A model generated the notes under the pieces. It was not told where the DNA came from. It saw only the letters and a list, made by a program, of their open reading frames with translations, and searched no databases. Position numbers and translations under genes: made by a program. Below, in pieces: positions 1-10,435 of a DNA stretch of 64,000 bases (its first letter is position 1; each line of letters begins with the position of its first letter). This DNA comes from Terriglobia bacterium (GTDB lineage Bacteria > Acidobacteriota > Terriglobia > 20CM-2-55-15): the NCBI GenBank assembly GCA_965198225.1, contig CBDAOY010000008.1, positions 64,001 to 128,000 on the forward strand. The letters run 5' to 3'.

Positions 1-961
1 CATCCGTGAGGATGGGCCGCAGTCGCATCACTCCAAAGCCGGCACCCCCACGATGGGCGGCGTTCTGATTGTCGTTTCGATCGTCCTGTCCACCCTGCTG
101 TGGACCGATTTGAGCAACCCGTTCGGGTGGCTGCTGATCGGGTCCACACTGGCGTTCGGAGCGGTTGGCTTCGCTGACGACTACCTGAAGATCGTGCGGA
201 AACGTTCGCTCGGGTTGAGGGCTCGAGCCAAGATCGGCCTGCAGGTGCTGATCACGCTGCTCGTCGGCTACGTGCTGCTCGACCTGACCGGTCGAGGCGT
301 CTTCTCGACCCGTCTGACCGTACCTTTCTTCAAGACGTTTACACCCGATCTCGTGATGTCCGAGCTGGTGGCGGCACCGCTGTTCTTCTTCGGATTTCTG
401 CCTTTCCTCTTGTTTATCAGCCTCGTCATCGTCGGCTCTTCGAACGCCGTGAACCTCACCGACGGGCTCGACGGACTGGCGATCGGATCGGTCTTGATCG
501 CCTCCGGCGCGTTGACCGTGTTGACCTACGTGACGGGGCACGTCGTTTTCTCGGAATATCTCGACCTGCAGCATCTGCCCCGGGTCGGTGAAGTCACGAT
601 CTTCTGTGGCTCGATGGCTGGAGCGAGCATGGGTTTCCTCTGGTACAACGCCCACCCGGCCGACGTCTTCATGGGAGACGTGGGTTCATTGTCGCTGGGT
701 GGAGCGATCGGTACCGTTGCCGTCGTGATCAAACAGGAGTTGTTGTTGGTTTTTATTGGAGGAATCTTCGTTGTCGAGGCACTTTCGGTGATGGTCCAGG
801 TGTTTTCTTTCAAGGTGCGCGGGAAGCGCGTCTTCAAGATGGCCCCACTCCACCATCACTTCGAACTCCTGGGCTGGGACGAATCGAAGATCATCATCCG
901 ATTCTGGATTGCCGCGTTGTTGTTCGCGTTGGCGAGTCTGTCGACGCTGAAGCTGCGTTAG
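1..961 (+). CDS. mraY: Phospho-N-acetylmuramoyl-pentapeptide transferase (5' end outside window)
   Basis: Frame is open from position 2 ([20 protein letters not shown]). Motifs [28 protein letters not shown] and [10 protein letters not shown] are present. Confidence 0.98.
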   Translation, partial: IREDGPQSHHSKAGTPTMGGVLIVVSIVLSTLLWTDLSNPFGWLLIGSTLAFGAVGFADDYLKIVRKRSLGLRARAKIGLQVLITLLVGYVLLDLTGRGVFSTRLTVPFFKTFTPDLVMSELVAAPLFFFGFLPFLLFISLVIVGSSNAVNLTDGLDGLAIGSVLIASGALTVLTYVTGHVVFSEYLDLQHLPRVGEVTIFCGSMAGASMGFLWYNAHPADVFMGDVGSLSLGGAIGTVAVVIKQELLLVFIGGIFVVEALSVMVQVFSFKVRGKRVFKMAPLHHHFELLGWDESKIIIRFWIAALLFALASLSTLKLR

Positions 962-1256
962 GGCCCCTGCGGGGCCCTGGGCCCTTCGGGCCCCGTAGGA
1001 CGTTGTCCGTAGGCCGTTGGGGCCCTTCGGGCCCAGTAAGACGTTACCCGTAGGCCGTTGAAGAGGAGAAGAGAGACGAAGTGGCGAGTGACAAGTGACG
1101 AGTGAATAACGTGAGAATCAAGAGACAAACTTCCGGAATGGACGAGAAGTGCCGCACAACGGCCTACGGGCAACGGCCTACGCACAACGGTGCCGCCCAA
1201 CGGCCTACGGACAACGGCCTACTCCGAACGAGCGCAAGCGAGTTCGGAACGTAACG
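962..1256. repeat. Intergenic mosaic of GGGCCC-TTCG-GGCCC hairpins, CCGTAGGCCGTTG / CAACGGCCTACGG inverted units and RAGTGAC heptamers
   Basis: CCGTAGGCCGTTG at ~1007 and ~1048; its reverse complement CAACGGCCTAC four times at ~1157-1222; AGTGAC-type heptamers at 1080-1110. Confidence 0.8.
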
Positions 1257-2597
1257 ATGGTACTCGTCGTCGGCATGGCCCGAAGCGGTCTCGCAGTCTC
1301 ACGGCTTCTCCGCCACCAGGGCGTTTCCGTGTTCGCCACCGATTCGGACCGGAGTGGGTTGGAGCCGGAGTTCAACCTGCTCGGTGTGCCCTACGAGACA
1401 GGTCGGCACGACGTGAAGAAATTTATCGACGCCCGCGAGATCGTTGTCAGCCCCGGCGTGCCTCTCGACAGCGAGCCCCTCGTCGCGGCCCGCGAGAACG
1501 AGGTCCCCATCGTCAGCGAGTTAGAAGTGGCATCTCGTTACCTGAAAGGCGACATCGTTGCGATCACCGGCTCCAACGGAAAGACGACGACGACGAAACT
1601 CATCGGAGAAATACTGGCACTGGGTGACCGGCCGGTCCAAGTCGGTGGCAACATCGGGGTTGCGGCGTCCGACCTGGTTGCAGGCTCGAGCGATGAAACG
1701 GTGAATGTGCTCGAGGTCAGTAGCTTTCAACTGGATGCGATCGTCGATTTTCGTCCGGATGTTGCCCTCCTCCTGAACGTCACGCCCGACCACATGGATC
1801 GATACGCCGACTTCGCCGCCTACCGGGATGCGAAGTTCAACCTGTTCCGGAACCAATCGGATTCTGACTTTGCAGTTCTGAACGTTGATGATCCGGAGTG
1901 CTACCCGGCCCCGGAGTGGCTCGCAGCCCGCCAGTTCCTGTTCAGCAGCAGCCGCCGACTGGATTCAGGCGCCAGTCTGTCCGGAGACGATCTGTTCGTT
2001 CTCGGTCGGAGAATTCTTTCGCTCGGCGAGATCCCCCTCAGGGGGAGGCACAACGTCGACAACGTGCTGGCCGCGTGCCTCGTTGCCGATCTCCACGGGA
2101 TCACTCCGAACTCGATGGCTTCTACCATTCGTTCATTTGCCGGTGTCGAACATCGACTCGAGACTGCGGGCGCGATCGACGGCATCGAGTTCGTCAACGA
2201 TTCGAAGGCGACCAACGTCGATTCGGCTGTGAAAGCCGTCGAGAGCTTCGACGCCAACGTGATCGTCATCGTCGGTGGGACAGACAAGGGCGCGTCGTAT
2301 GAACCTCTGGTCAGCGCGATGGAAGGTCGGGTCAAGCGGGTGCTCCTGATAGGCGCCGCCGCCGACAAGCTGGAGGATGCAATCGGCGATCGCTTATCGG
2401 CTGTCCGTGTGGCTTCGATGGACGATGCAGTCGCACAGGCGCTGGATTCAGGACAAGCCGGAGACGTCGTCCTGCTCGCTCCCGCGTGTTCGAGTTTCGA
2501 CATGTTCGCGAATTACGAAGAACGGGGCAGGGCGTTCAAGAATGCAGTGCGTGCGCGTGCCGAAGTGACAAGTGAGGGGCCCTTTGGGCCCCAGTAG
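1257..2597 (+). CDS. murD: UDP-N-acetylmuramoyl-L-alanine--D-glutamate ligase
   Basis: VLVVGMARSG start, SPGVP, ITGSNGKTTT, EVSSFQL, DHMDRY, NDSKATN, LLAPACSSFDMF. Start moved to ATG 1257 because the upstream extension is repeat DNA. Confidence 0.97.
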   Translation: MVLVVGMARSGLAVSRLLRHQGVSVFATDSDRSGLEPEFNLLGVPYETGRHDVKKFIDAREIVVSPGVPLDSEPLVAARENEVPIVSELEVASRYLKGDIVAITGSNGKTTTTKLIGEILALGDRPVQVGGNIGVAASDLVAGSSDETVNVLEVSSFQLDAIVDFRPDVALLLNVTPDHMDRYADFAAYRDAKFNLFRNQSDSDFAVLNVDDPECYPAPEWLAARQFLFSSSRRLDSGASLSGDDLFVLGRRILSLGEIPLRGRHNVDNVLAACLVADLHGITPNSMASTIRSFAGVEHRLETAGAIDGIEFVNDSKATNVDSAVKAVESFDANVIVIVGGTDKGASYEPLVSAMEGRVKRVLLIGAAADKLEDAIGDRLSAVRVASMDDAVAQALDSGQAGDVVLLAPACSSFDMFANYEERGRAFKNAVRARAEVTSEGPFGPQ

Positions 2598-2847
2598 TCA
2601 GATGCCAGTAGTCAGTTGAAGAGAGAAGAAGTGCCAAGTGACGAGTAAGACAAGCGGCAGTGCGGTCGCACGGGGAAGTGCCAAGTGAGGGGCCCTTTGG
2701 GCCCAGTAGTCAGTTGCCAGTAGTCAGTAGTCAGTTGAAGAGAAGAGAAGTGACAAGTGACGAGTAAGACAATGACTGGTCAGTTTAGGCCCAAGCGATG
2801 TCGAGCAGGAGGTTCCGACTTGTCACTCTTCACTCGTCACTCGCACT
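2560..2847. repeat. Two ~90-97 bp direct repeats of hairpin plus AGTAGTC/AAGTGAC heptamers, followed by inverted heptamers
   Basis: Copies at ~2562-2652 and ~2676-2772; inverted TGTCACT/CGTCACT run at 2820-2847. Confidence 0.8.
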
Positions 2848-2884
2848 TGCATTTGAAAGAGTAGACGTTCGCTGAAGAACAAAC

Positions 2885-3976
2885 ATGGCTAGGAAGTTAA
2901 AGCCCGACTGGATCCTGTTCGTCACGACTCTGACGCTCGTGTTGATCGGCGTGCTCATGGTGTTCAGTTCGTCGGCCGTCTTGGCGAAGGAGTGGTACGG
3001 CGACCCCAACCGTTTCGCATTGAGGCACGTCGCCGCTGCGTCGCTCGGCTTGATTGCCATGTTCGCACTGATGAAGGTCGACTACCATCGCTACAGGCAC
3101 CCTGCGGTTGTGTTCTCGCTGCTCTCGGTAGTGATCGTGCTACTCGCGTTGGCGTTTCTCATGCCGACGTCGTCGAACACGCACCGCTGGATCCGTTTCG
3201 CGGGCTTGTCCTTCCAGCCTGCCGAGCTGGCCAAGCTGTCGCTCATCGTGTTCCTCGCATATTTCCTCGAGAAGCGAAAGGAGCGCGTGAACGACTTCAG
3301 CCTGACCTTGATTCCCATTGCGGTGATCAGCCTGCTCCTGGCAGGGCTGATCGTCTTGCAGCCCGACCTGGGAACCGCGATATCGATTCTTGCGGTCGTC
3401 TCGGTGTTGCTTTTCGTCGCTGGGCTGAACTTGAGATGGATCATCGTTGGCGCGATCGCGGCAGCACCGATTCTCTATGTTCTTGTGTATCAGGTTCCCT
3501 GGAGAAGGGAGCGTCTGCTTGCCTTCCTGGATCCCTGGGCCGACCCTCTGGGCAGCGGCTTTCAGATCATTCAGTCGTTGATATCGGTCGGGACAGGGGG
3601 CATCGCGGGCGTCGGCTTCATGGAAGGGCAGCAGAAGTTGTTTTACCTGCCCGAGCCCCACACCGACTTCATCTACGCGGTCGTGGGAGAAGAGCTCGGG
3701 CTGATCGGGACGGCGCTCGTGCTGGCGCTGTTCAGCGTATTCCTCTGGCGTGGCCTGCGCGGCGCAGCCAGAGCGCCCGACCCGTTTGGCTTCTACCTGG
3801 CGCTCGGGATCACGATGATGGTGGCGGTTCAGGCGTTCATCAATATGAGTGTGGTGCTGGGTCTGCTGCCGACGAAGGGAATCCCGTTGCCGTTTCTGAG
3901 CTACGGTGGCAGCTCTTTCCTGATCATGCTTGCGGGCGTCGGCGTCCTGATCAACGTGTCCCAACATGGGAGTTGA
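2885..3976 (+). CDS. ftsW: SEDS peptidoglycan polymerase FtsW
   Basis: RWIRFAGLSFQPAELAK, QPDLGT, LPEPHTDFI, LPTKGIPLPFLSYGGSS; dcw position. Confidence 0.97.
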   Translation: MARKLKPDWILFVTTLTLVLIGVLMVFSSSAVLAKEWYGDPNRFALRHVAAASLGLIAMFALMKVDYHRYRHPAVVFSLLSVVIVLLALAFLMPTSSNTHRWIRFAGLSFQPAELAKLSLIVFLAYFLEKRKERVNDFSLTLIPIAVISLLLAGLIVLQPDLGTAISILAVVSVLLFVAGLNLRWIIVGAIAAAPILYVLVYQVPWRRERLLAFLDPWADPLGSGFQIIQSLISVGTGGIAGVGFMEGQQKLFYLPEPHTDFIYAVVGEELGLIGTALVLALFSVFLWRGLRGAARAPDPFGFYLALGITMMVAVQAFINMSVVLGLLPTKGIPLPFLSYGGSSFLIMLAGVGVLINVSQHGS

Positions 3977-4071
3977 GGCAGCGGAATGGACGCGAAATCT
4001 TTGCACACAGGACTCGTATGTCTTTGTTTTTGAGGCGCGAAAAAAAGTTTGCCCGGTCCTGATCTGTCACT

Positions 4072-5148
4072 ATGAAGGCGATAATCGCAGGAGGTGGCAC
4101 AGGTGGTCACCTGTTCCCGGGAATCGCCGTTGCACGTGAGATTCTGCGACGCGAACCCGAAGCGGGGATCCTTTTCGCCGGCGCGGATCGTGGCATCGAG
4201 AAGCGAGTCGTTCCGCGGGAGGGCTTCAAACTGGAAACGTTGCCGATCGGAGGTATCAAGGGGACAGGTTTCGTCCGGGGCGCGAAGAACCTGTGTGCGA
4301 TGACGCTGGCGCTGGTGCGCGCCCTGGGCGTTCTGGGTCGCTTCGAGCCGGACGTCGTCGTCGGCGTCGGGGGTTACGCGTCGTTCCCCGTGGTCGGCGC
4401 GGCGATCCTGCGTGGAATACCGCGCGGCATAATGGAACAGAACGTTTCTCCCGGCCTCGCGAATCGGGTTTTGGGTTACCGGGTGGACTTTGCTGCGGTG
4501 ACCCACGAACGCACCGCGGCCTTCTTTCCGGGGAAAGCGGTGGTAACCGGCAATCCCGTACGTGCCGCGTTCAAGGAAATCGGACCAAAGGCAAGCCGGG
4601 AGCCGTTCACGATCTTGATCGTTGGGGGGAGCCAGGGGGCCGAGGCGATTAACCGGGCCGTGATGGATGCTCTGGACTCGCTGGAGGGCTTGCAGAGCAG
4701 GATCCGATTCGTCCATCAAAGCGGCGAGCGTCAGCTCGAGGAAATCCGAAGCTGCTACCGAGAACGAGGATTCGAGGCGCAAGTCGAGAGCTTTCTGGAT
4801 GACATCGCCCGTCAGTATGCAGCCTCTGACTTGATCATCTCACGAGCCGGTGGGACGACAGTCGCGGAAATAAAAGCGTCAGGCCGGGCGGCGATCCTGG
4901 TTCCGCTACCGTCGGCAGCGTTGGATCAACCCGGGAACGCAAAGGCGATGGTCGATGAGGCGGCCGCAGTGATGATAGGCAACGCTGAGTTGACAGGAGC
5001 GAGCCTGTCCGAGGAGATCATTCGCCTCCTCGAGGACACGGAAGCGTTGGCGCGCATGGAGAAGAACGCGAGAAAGATGGCCGTCCTGGACGCCGAGTCC
5101 CGGATCGTTGATCTGATCGAACAGGCTGTCGCAAGACGACGAAAATGA
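4072..5148 (+). CDS. murG: Undecaprenyl-PP-MurNAc-pentapeptide GlcNAc transferase
   Basis: AGGGTGGHLFP, GGYAS, EQN, GNPVR, GGSQGA, ISRAGG. Confidence 0.97.
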   Translation: MKAIIAGGGTGGHLFPGIAVAREILRREPEAGILFAGADRGIEKRVVPREGFKLETLPIGGIKGTGFVRGAKNLCAMTLALVRALGVLGRFEPDVVVGVGGYASFPVVGAAILRGIPRGIMEQNVSPGLANRVLGYRVDFAAVTHERTAAFFPGKAVVTGNPVRAAFKEIGPKASREPFTILIVGGSQGAEAINRAVMDALDSLEGLQSRIRFVHQSGERQLEEIRSCYRERGFEAQVESFLDDIARQYAASDLIISRAGGTTVAEIKASGRAAILVPLPSAALDQPGNAKAMVDEAAAVMIGNAELTGASLSEEIIRLLEDTEALARMEKNARKMAVLDAESRIVDLIEQAVARRRK

Positions 5149-5218
5149 TCAGTCCGCAGCAAGAGAGAATCGATTTGCGTCCGACAACGGCCTACGGCCT
5201 GCGGCCTACGACCTTCTA

Positions 5219-6613
5219 ATGTTCGAACGTATCAAACATGTGCACTTCGTGGGAATCGGAGGCTCCGGGATGAGCGGCATCGCCGAGGTCTTGTTGACGC
5301 TCGGCTACAAAGTGACCGGCTCCGATCTGCGAACCACACGGGTGACTAAGGCTCTGGAATCCGGGGGGGCCGCGGTGTTTCCGGCGCATGCGCCCGAGAA
5401 CCTCGGCGGTGCACACGTCGTGGTCCGCTCCTCGGCCGTACCGGCCGACAACGTCGAGCTCACGGAGGCCAGGTCCCGGAAGATACCGGTGATTTCCCGA
5501 GCTGAAATGCTGGCCGAGCTCGCCCGTCTCAAGTACACGGCGGCCGTGGCCGGCACACACGGCAAGACAACCACGACGTCCATGATCGCGACCATCCTGG
5601 ATCGGGCAGGGATGGATCCAACCTTTGTCGTCGGTGGGCGACTCAACACGGTCGGACGGAACGCCCGTCTCGGCAAGGGGGAATTCATCGTTCTCGAAGC
5701 CGACGAGAGTGACCGTTCTTTTTTGATGCTGTCGCCGACGATTGCCGTCGTCACGAACATCGAAGCCGATCACCTCGATCATTACGACGATCTCGAGGAC
5801 ATCCAGGACGCTTTCGTTTCTTTCGTCAACAAGGTGCCCTTCTACGGAGCCGTGATTGCGGACACGGATCAGCCGACTGTGAGGGCGATCCTCCCCCGAA
5901 TCAAGCGGCGGGTGATCAGCTTTGGGGCCGGCGAGAACGCCGACGTGGCGGTACTGGATTGTGCGCTCGATCCCTTGGGTTCGCGCTTTGTCGTTCGTTA
6001 CAACGGCGGCAAACGGCAGCAGTGTGTCTTGCAGATCCCCGGGTTGCACAACGTGCTCAACGCCGCGGCCGCGTTCACTGCAGCGCTCGAGATGGGCGTG
6101 GCCGCAGACACCATCGCTCTGGCTCTGGAAGAGTTTGGTGGAGTCGAGCGGCGGTTTGAAATCAAGTCCCGAACCGGTGTCGTCGTCATCGACGATTACG
6201 CGCACCATCCGACAGAGATCCGGGCAACGCTCGGCGCGGCGCGAGGTGCGGGGTTTCGCAGGATCTTGGCTGCGTTCCAGCCGCATCGCTACAGCCGCAC
6301 CCACCACCTGTTCGATGCCTTTGTCCATGCCTTCCACGATGCCGACGCCGTCCTGATCACCGACATCTATCCAGCCGGAGAGCCGCCGATCGACGGAGTG
6401 GACTCGGAACGGCTGGTTGAGAGTATGAAGGAAACAGGCAAGACCGAAGTCCGGCACGCGGCAGATTTCGGCGCCATTCGGTCCTACATGATGGAACACG
6501 CCAAGATGGGCGATGCCGTCGTCATCATGGGAGCGGGCAGCATCACGAAGTTGGCCGATGAACTGGCCGTTGACCTCCAACAGCGGGAGCCATTGCAGGT
6601 GGAGCATGAGTAG
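5219..6613 (+). CDS. murC: UDP-N-acetylmuramate--L-alanine ligase
   Basis: HFVGIGGSGMSGIA, AGTHGKTTTT, EADESDRSFL, DDYAHHPTEI, FQPHRYSR. Confidence 0.98.
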   Translation: MFERIKHVHFVGIGGSGMSGIAEVLLTLGYKVTGSDLRTTRVTKALESGGAAVFPAHAPENLGGAHVVVRSSAVPADNVELTEARSRKIPVISRAEMLAELARLKYTAAVAGTHGKTTTTSMIATILDRAGMDPTFVVGGRLNTVGRNARLGKGEFIVLEADESDRSFLMLSPTIAVVTNIEADHLDHYDDLEDIQDAFVSFVNKVPFYGAVIADTDQPTVRAILPRIKRRVISFGAGENADVAVLDCALDPLGSRFVVRYNGGKRQQCVLQIPGLHNVLNAAAAFTAALEMGVAADTIALALEEFGGVERRFEIKSRTGVVVIDDYAHHPTEIRATLGAARGAGFRRILAAFQPHRYSRTHHLFDAFVHAFHDADAVLITDIYPAGEPPIDGVDSERLVESMKETGKTEVRHAADFGAIRSYMMEHAKMGDAVVIMGAGSITKLADELAVDLQQREPLQVEHE

Positions 6614-7418
6614 GATGCACTCGGCGAAGTGGATTCGGTGGCTGCGGAAGAAGTCGCGCTCAGCACTGCTGCGCTACCTCTACATCAGCCTGTTCGCTCT
6701 GATGCTGCTCAGCTTTGGATGGGGACTCTACCGGGTCGCCAAATACACCGGGACGACGGAACGGCTCGAGATCCGTCAGGTGTCGGTGTCCGGACTGGAC
6801 CGTGTCTCGAAGAACGAAGTTCTTGCCCGCGCCGGGTATGCACCGGGTGCGAACATTCTTCGGGTCAGTCTCGACGAAACCCGCCGGGCGGTCGAAGAAA
6901 TCCTCTGGGTGCGTCATGCCACGGTGCAACGTGTATGGCCGGACGAGCTCGTCATTGTGATCGTCGAAAGGGAACCCATCGCGTTGGGACGGATCGGCGG
7001 CGAGATCTACCAGGTGGATGTCGACGGCGTCATCCTGTCGACCGACACCAGGACGGACACGAGCTTTCCCGTTCTCGACGGCCTGCGTCCCGGCGACATC
7101 GAAGGCAACAAAAGAAAGATCGAGGCGTACAGGGCTGCCCTCGAGGCAATCGGACAGAGCGAGCTTTCAGAAGTACGCGTCTCGGACATCGGAGAGATAT
7201 CCGTTGTGCCGATCCACAACCCGGTGCTGATCGACCTGGGATCGGCCAACCATCGTGAGCGTTGGGAAAAGTATGTTCAACTCCGGGTCAGAATCCGCGA
7301 GGACTATCCGAGCGCTTTCCACATCGATTTGCGATTTCAGGACCAGGTAATAATCCGAACTGAGGACAACGAACCTGCTGGGAAAATCATATGGGGCGAA
7401 GAGAAAAAACTATTGTAG
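6606..7418 (+). CDS. ftsQ: Cell division protein FtsQ/DivIB (TM + POTRA)
   Basis: Single TM helix, POTRA-like WVRHATVQRVWPDELVIVIVEREP, C-terminal IDLRFQDQV; lies between murC and ftsA; start ATG 6606 overlaps the murC end. Confidence 0.9.
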   Translation: MSRMHSAKWIRWLRKKSRSALLRYLYISLFALMLLSFGWGLYRVAKYTGTTERLEIRQVSVSGLDRVSKNEVLARAGYAPGANILRVSLDETRRAVEEILWVRHATVQRVWPDELVIVIVEREPIALGRIGGEIYQVDVDGVILSTDTRTDTSFPVLDGLRPGDIEGNKRKIEAYRAALEAIGQSELSEVRVSDIGEISVVPIHNPVLIDLGSANHRERWEKYVQLRVRIREDYPSAFHIDLRFQDQVIIRTEDNEPAGKIIWGEEKKLL

Positions 7419-8611
7419 GGCTCGACATCGGCTCGACGAAAGTCTGTACGCTCATTGCCGCCGCCCGTAACGGCGGCATGGAGACGATCGGGTTCGGTAT
7501 GGCCGAATCCAGGGGGCTGAAGAAGGGAGTCGTCGTCAACCTCGAGGCGACCGTCGAATCGATCAAGAAGAGTGTTGTGGAAGCGGAGATGATGGCCGGC
7601 ACGGAAGTAGACCGGGTGTTCGTGGGCCTGGCCGGCCCACACATCCGGAGCTTCAACAGCAAGGGTGCAATCCCCATCGCCACGCATTCCAGGGAAATCA
7701 ACCGCGAAGACGTCCGGCGCGTGATCGAGACCGCGCGAGCCGTCGCTCTGGCTCCGGACCGGGAGATCATCCACATCCTGCCCCAGGAGTTCGTTGTCGA
7801 CGACCAGGATGGTATAGGGGACCCGCTCGGTATGGTCGGCACGCGGCTCGAAGTCAATGTCCACATCGTGACCAGTTCCGTGACCGCTGCACAGAACATC
7901 GTTACTGCTGTCAACCGCAGCGGGCTCGAAGTCGGAGATACGGTTCTCGAACCCATCGCGGCCGGCGAGGCGACTCTTAGCGAAGACGAGAAGGAACTGG
8001 GTTGCGTGCTTCTGGACATCGGAGGCGGGAAGACCAACCTGGCCGTCTACCATCATGGCGCCGTCCGCCATACGGTGGTGCTTCCTATCGGGAGCGACCA
8101 TTTCACGAACGACATCGCAGTCGGGCTGCGCACCCCCATTCCCGAGGCTGAACGCCTGAAGAGGGAATTCGGCTGCGCCCTTTCGTCGATGGCTGACGAG
8201 GATGTGACCTTCGATTTCGCCGGCGTGGGCTCCAGGCAGACTCGTACGATCGGACAGCGAGTATTGAGCGATGTCCTTCAACCGCGCGCGGAAGAGATCA
8301 TTCACTTCGTCCGCGACGAAATCCGTGGAGCGGGCTACGAGCGTCAGGCCGGTGCGGGGGTGGTCCTCACCGGCGGTGGCGCGGTGCTCCGGGGCATTCC
8401 GGAGTTGGTGGAAGAGTTCCTGGACCTGCCGGTGAGACTTGGCGTAACCCAGGGGTTCAGCGACGCGCGCTTCGTCGAACCCGAATACGCCACCGTCGTC
8501 GGACTGGCAGTCTTTGGTGATCGACGTCGTCGGACACACGAGTTCCATGAGTACTCGGGTTCACCGTTCAAGCGCATGGTTTCCAAGCTCAGGGGGCTGG
8601 GGCTTTTTTGA
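7391..8611 (+). CDS. ftsA: Cell division protein FtsA
   Basis: [32 protein letters not shown]-terminal amphipathic helix. Confidence 0.97.
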   Translation: MGRREKTIVGLDIGSTKVCTLIAAARNGGMETIGFGMAESRGLKKGVVVNLEATVESIKKSVVEAEMMAGTEVDRVFVGLAGPHIRSFNSKGAIPIATHSREINREDVRRVIETARAVALAPDREIIHILPQEFVVDDQDGIGDPLGMVGTRLEVNVHIVTSSVTAAQNIVTAVNRSGLEVGDTVLEPIAAGEATLSEDEKELGCVLLDIGGGKTNLAVYHHGAVRHTVVLPIGSDHFTNDIAVGLRTPIPEAERLKREFGCALSSMADEDVTFDFAGVGSRQTRTIGQRVLSDVLQPRAEEIIHFVRDEIRGAGYERQAGAGVVLTGGGAVLRGIPELVEEFLDLPVRLGVTQGFSDARFVEPEYATVVGLAVFGDRRRRTHEFHEYSGSPFKRMVSKLRGLGLF

Positions 8612-8732
8612 CTGGCCCCGGACCGGATCAGGAATATCCGGTTTCGTCCGGACACCGGAGCATCATCAGCCGGAAACGATTCTCGGTTTGATACGCGGCG
8701 AGAGCTCCGGCGGGCGTAACAAGGGGGAGGCA

Positions 8733-9818
8733 GTGGTAGAGAACGTACAAATGGAAAACACAGTCAGGTTTCTCTTCGATGAGCGGCGTGACGATGGAGC
8801 ATCGATAAAAGTAATCGGCGTCGGCGGTGGCGGATCGAATGCCGTCAACCGCATGATCGAAGCCGGCGTCGATGGCGTCGAGTTTCTGGTCGCGAATACA
8901 GACCTTCAGGCCCTCAAACAGTCTCACGCCCCTGTCAAACTCCAGATCGGGGCCAGGCTGACAAAAGGGCTCGGGGCCGGTGCCAATCCTGAGATCGGTC
9001 GTGAGGCTGCCCTCGAGGATACCGATAAGATCATAGAGGCGCTGGAAGGTGCCGACATGATCTTTGTGACGACCGGTCTGGGCGGAGGCACGGGCACGGG
9101 CGCCGCGCCAATTGTCGCCAGCCTGGCGGCCGAGCTGGGGGGACTGACCGTCGCGGTCGTGACCAAGCCGTTCGCGTTCGAGGGAAAGAAAAGGATGACG
9201 CAGGCCGAACGCGGCCTGGGGGATCTAAAGGAGTGTGTCGATACAGTCATCACCATTCCGAACGAACAGTTGCTCGCGACGCTGGAGAAAGGAACAAGCC
9301 TCTTCGACGCTTTCCACATTGCCGATGACATCTTGCGACAGGCGGTCCAAGGCATTTCCGACCTGATCACGGTGCCGGGGCTGATCAACCTCGATTTCGC
9401 GGACGTGAAAACGGTCATGCACGGTATGGGCATGGCTCTGATGGGCACCGGGGTCGCTTCCGGCGAGAATCGCGCCGTCGAGGCAGCACGTCGCGCCATT
9501 TCTTCCAGGCTGCTCGAAGATGGTTCGATTCAGGGTGCCAAGGGCGTCCTGATCAACATCACCGGTGGCGGCGACCTACTGTTGCACGAGGTCAGCGAAG
9601 CGTCGGGCATCATCCATGAGGCAGCCGACGGCGAAGCCAACATCATTTTTGGAGCCGTTCTCGACGAGCGAATGAAGGACGAGGTCAAGATCACCGTGAT
9701 CGCGACCGGGTTTGAACGAACCGGCGCGGAGGCCGCGCTCCCGCAGATCGCACGCGGCGAAGTCGAAGGAACGGACTTGGAGATTCCGGCGTTCCTTAGA
9801 CGCGCCACAACGAACTAG
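8733..9818 (+). CDS. ftsZ: Cell division protein FtsZ
   Basis: [30 protein letters not shown]-terminal LEIPAFLRR; GTG 8733 follows a GGGGAGG RBS (ATG 8751 is an alternative). Confidence 0.98.
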   Translation: MVENVQMENTVRFLFDERRDDGASIKVIGVGGGGSNAVNRMIEAGVDGVEFLVANTDLQALKQSHAPVKLQIGARLTKGLGAGANPEIGREAALEDTDKIIEALEGADMIFVTTGLGGGTGTGAAPIVASLAAELGGLTVAVVTKPFAFEGKKRMTQAERGLGDLKECVDTVITIPNEQLLATLEKGTSLFDAFHIADDILRQAVQGISDLITVPGLINLDFADVKTVMHGMGMALMGTGVASGENRAVEAARRAISSRLLEDGSIQGAKGVLINITGGGDLLLHEVSEASGIIHEAADGEANIIFGAVLDERMKDEVKITVIATGFERTGAEAALPQIARGEVEGTDLEIPAFLRRATTN

Positions 9819-9858
9819 GAACGATCCGCCCGCACGGTATCGATTTTTCGATCCGAAG

Positions 9859-9924
9859 GTGTATGTGCGCTCTATGAGCGCACATTGTTTCTGTCGCGTG
9901 TGCGCTCATAGAGCGCACCTACAC
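9859..9924. repeat. GTAG-type REP doublet (REPIN-like)
   Basis: Two inverted copies of GT(A)GGTGCGCTCTATGAGCGCAC. Confidence 0.88.
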
Positions 9925-9972
9925 TGACCCTCCAAGACTGCTGTTCTCCCGCAAACCCTCTATAATTATTCT

Positions 9973-10386
9973 ATGAACGGTGCCAGGATCATCGTAGCTC
10001 CCGGTATCCTCGAGGAGGTCATCGCGCATGCCCGCGGTTGCTTTCCGGAAGAGGGTTGCGGCTTCCTCGTGGGCCGGGAAGAGCGCGTCGAGCGGTTCGT
10101 CCCCGCCGAAAACGCGCTCGGAAGTAGGACAGCCTACAGTGTCGAACCCCGGTTCCTGTTCGAATTGTTCCGCGAACTCCGGGCGTCGGGCGAGAGTCTG
10201 GTGGCGATCTATCACTCCCACCCATCAGGCGAAGCGGCGCCGTCGTCGAGGGATATTGCCGAGGCGTACTATCCCGATAGCGCGCACCTCATCGTGTCGC
10301 TTCAAGACGAGAGTCAACCTGCGGTCCGGGCCTTCCGAGTCGTCGACGACAGCGTCACAGAAATCGAGCTTCATGCTATAGTCTAG
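9973..10386 (+). CDS. JAMM/MPN+ (Mov34, M67 family) metalloprotease
   Basis: EEGCG, YHSHP...PSSRD JAMM motif; TATAAT at 9961-9966 just upstream of the ATG. Confidence 0.92.
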   Translation: MNGARIIVAPGILEEVIAHARGCFPEEGCGFLVGREERVERFVPAENALGSRTAYSVEPRFLFELFRELRASGESLVAIYHSHPSGEAAPSSRDIAEAYYPDSAHLIVSLQDESQPAVRAFRVVDDSVTEIELHAIV

Positions 10387-10435
10387 TGGCCTGTAACAGG
10401 TCACTAAGTACTCAAAACGTCACAGGGAGACTCCG

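Noticed and set aside
1149-1256. N-terminal extensions in the ORF track (murD 1149, ftsZ 8514, TPR 15633, kdsB 41122, kdsA 43507, kdsC 44058, 48708, nitrilase 53256, amidohydrolase 38901)
   Set aside because: They run through repeats, promoters or neighbouring genes; downstream starts fit family N-termini and RBS positions better
4905-4945. murG motif reads ALDQPGNA instead of the usual DHQxxNA
   Set aside because: The frame is intact and a one-residue difference could be natural variation or a sequencing error
5216-6607. Long antisense ORFs (e.g. 463 aa opposite murC; also 7337-8548, 16032-17384, 23482-24759, 36671-37852, 42063-43022, 47791-48909)
   Set aside because: Shadow frames of GC-rich genes with biased codon use; no recognisable motifs
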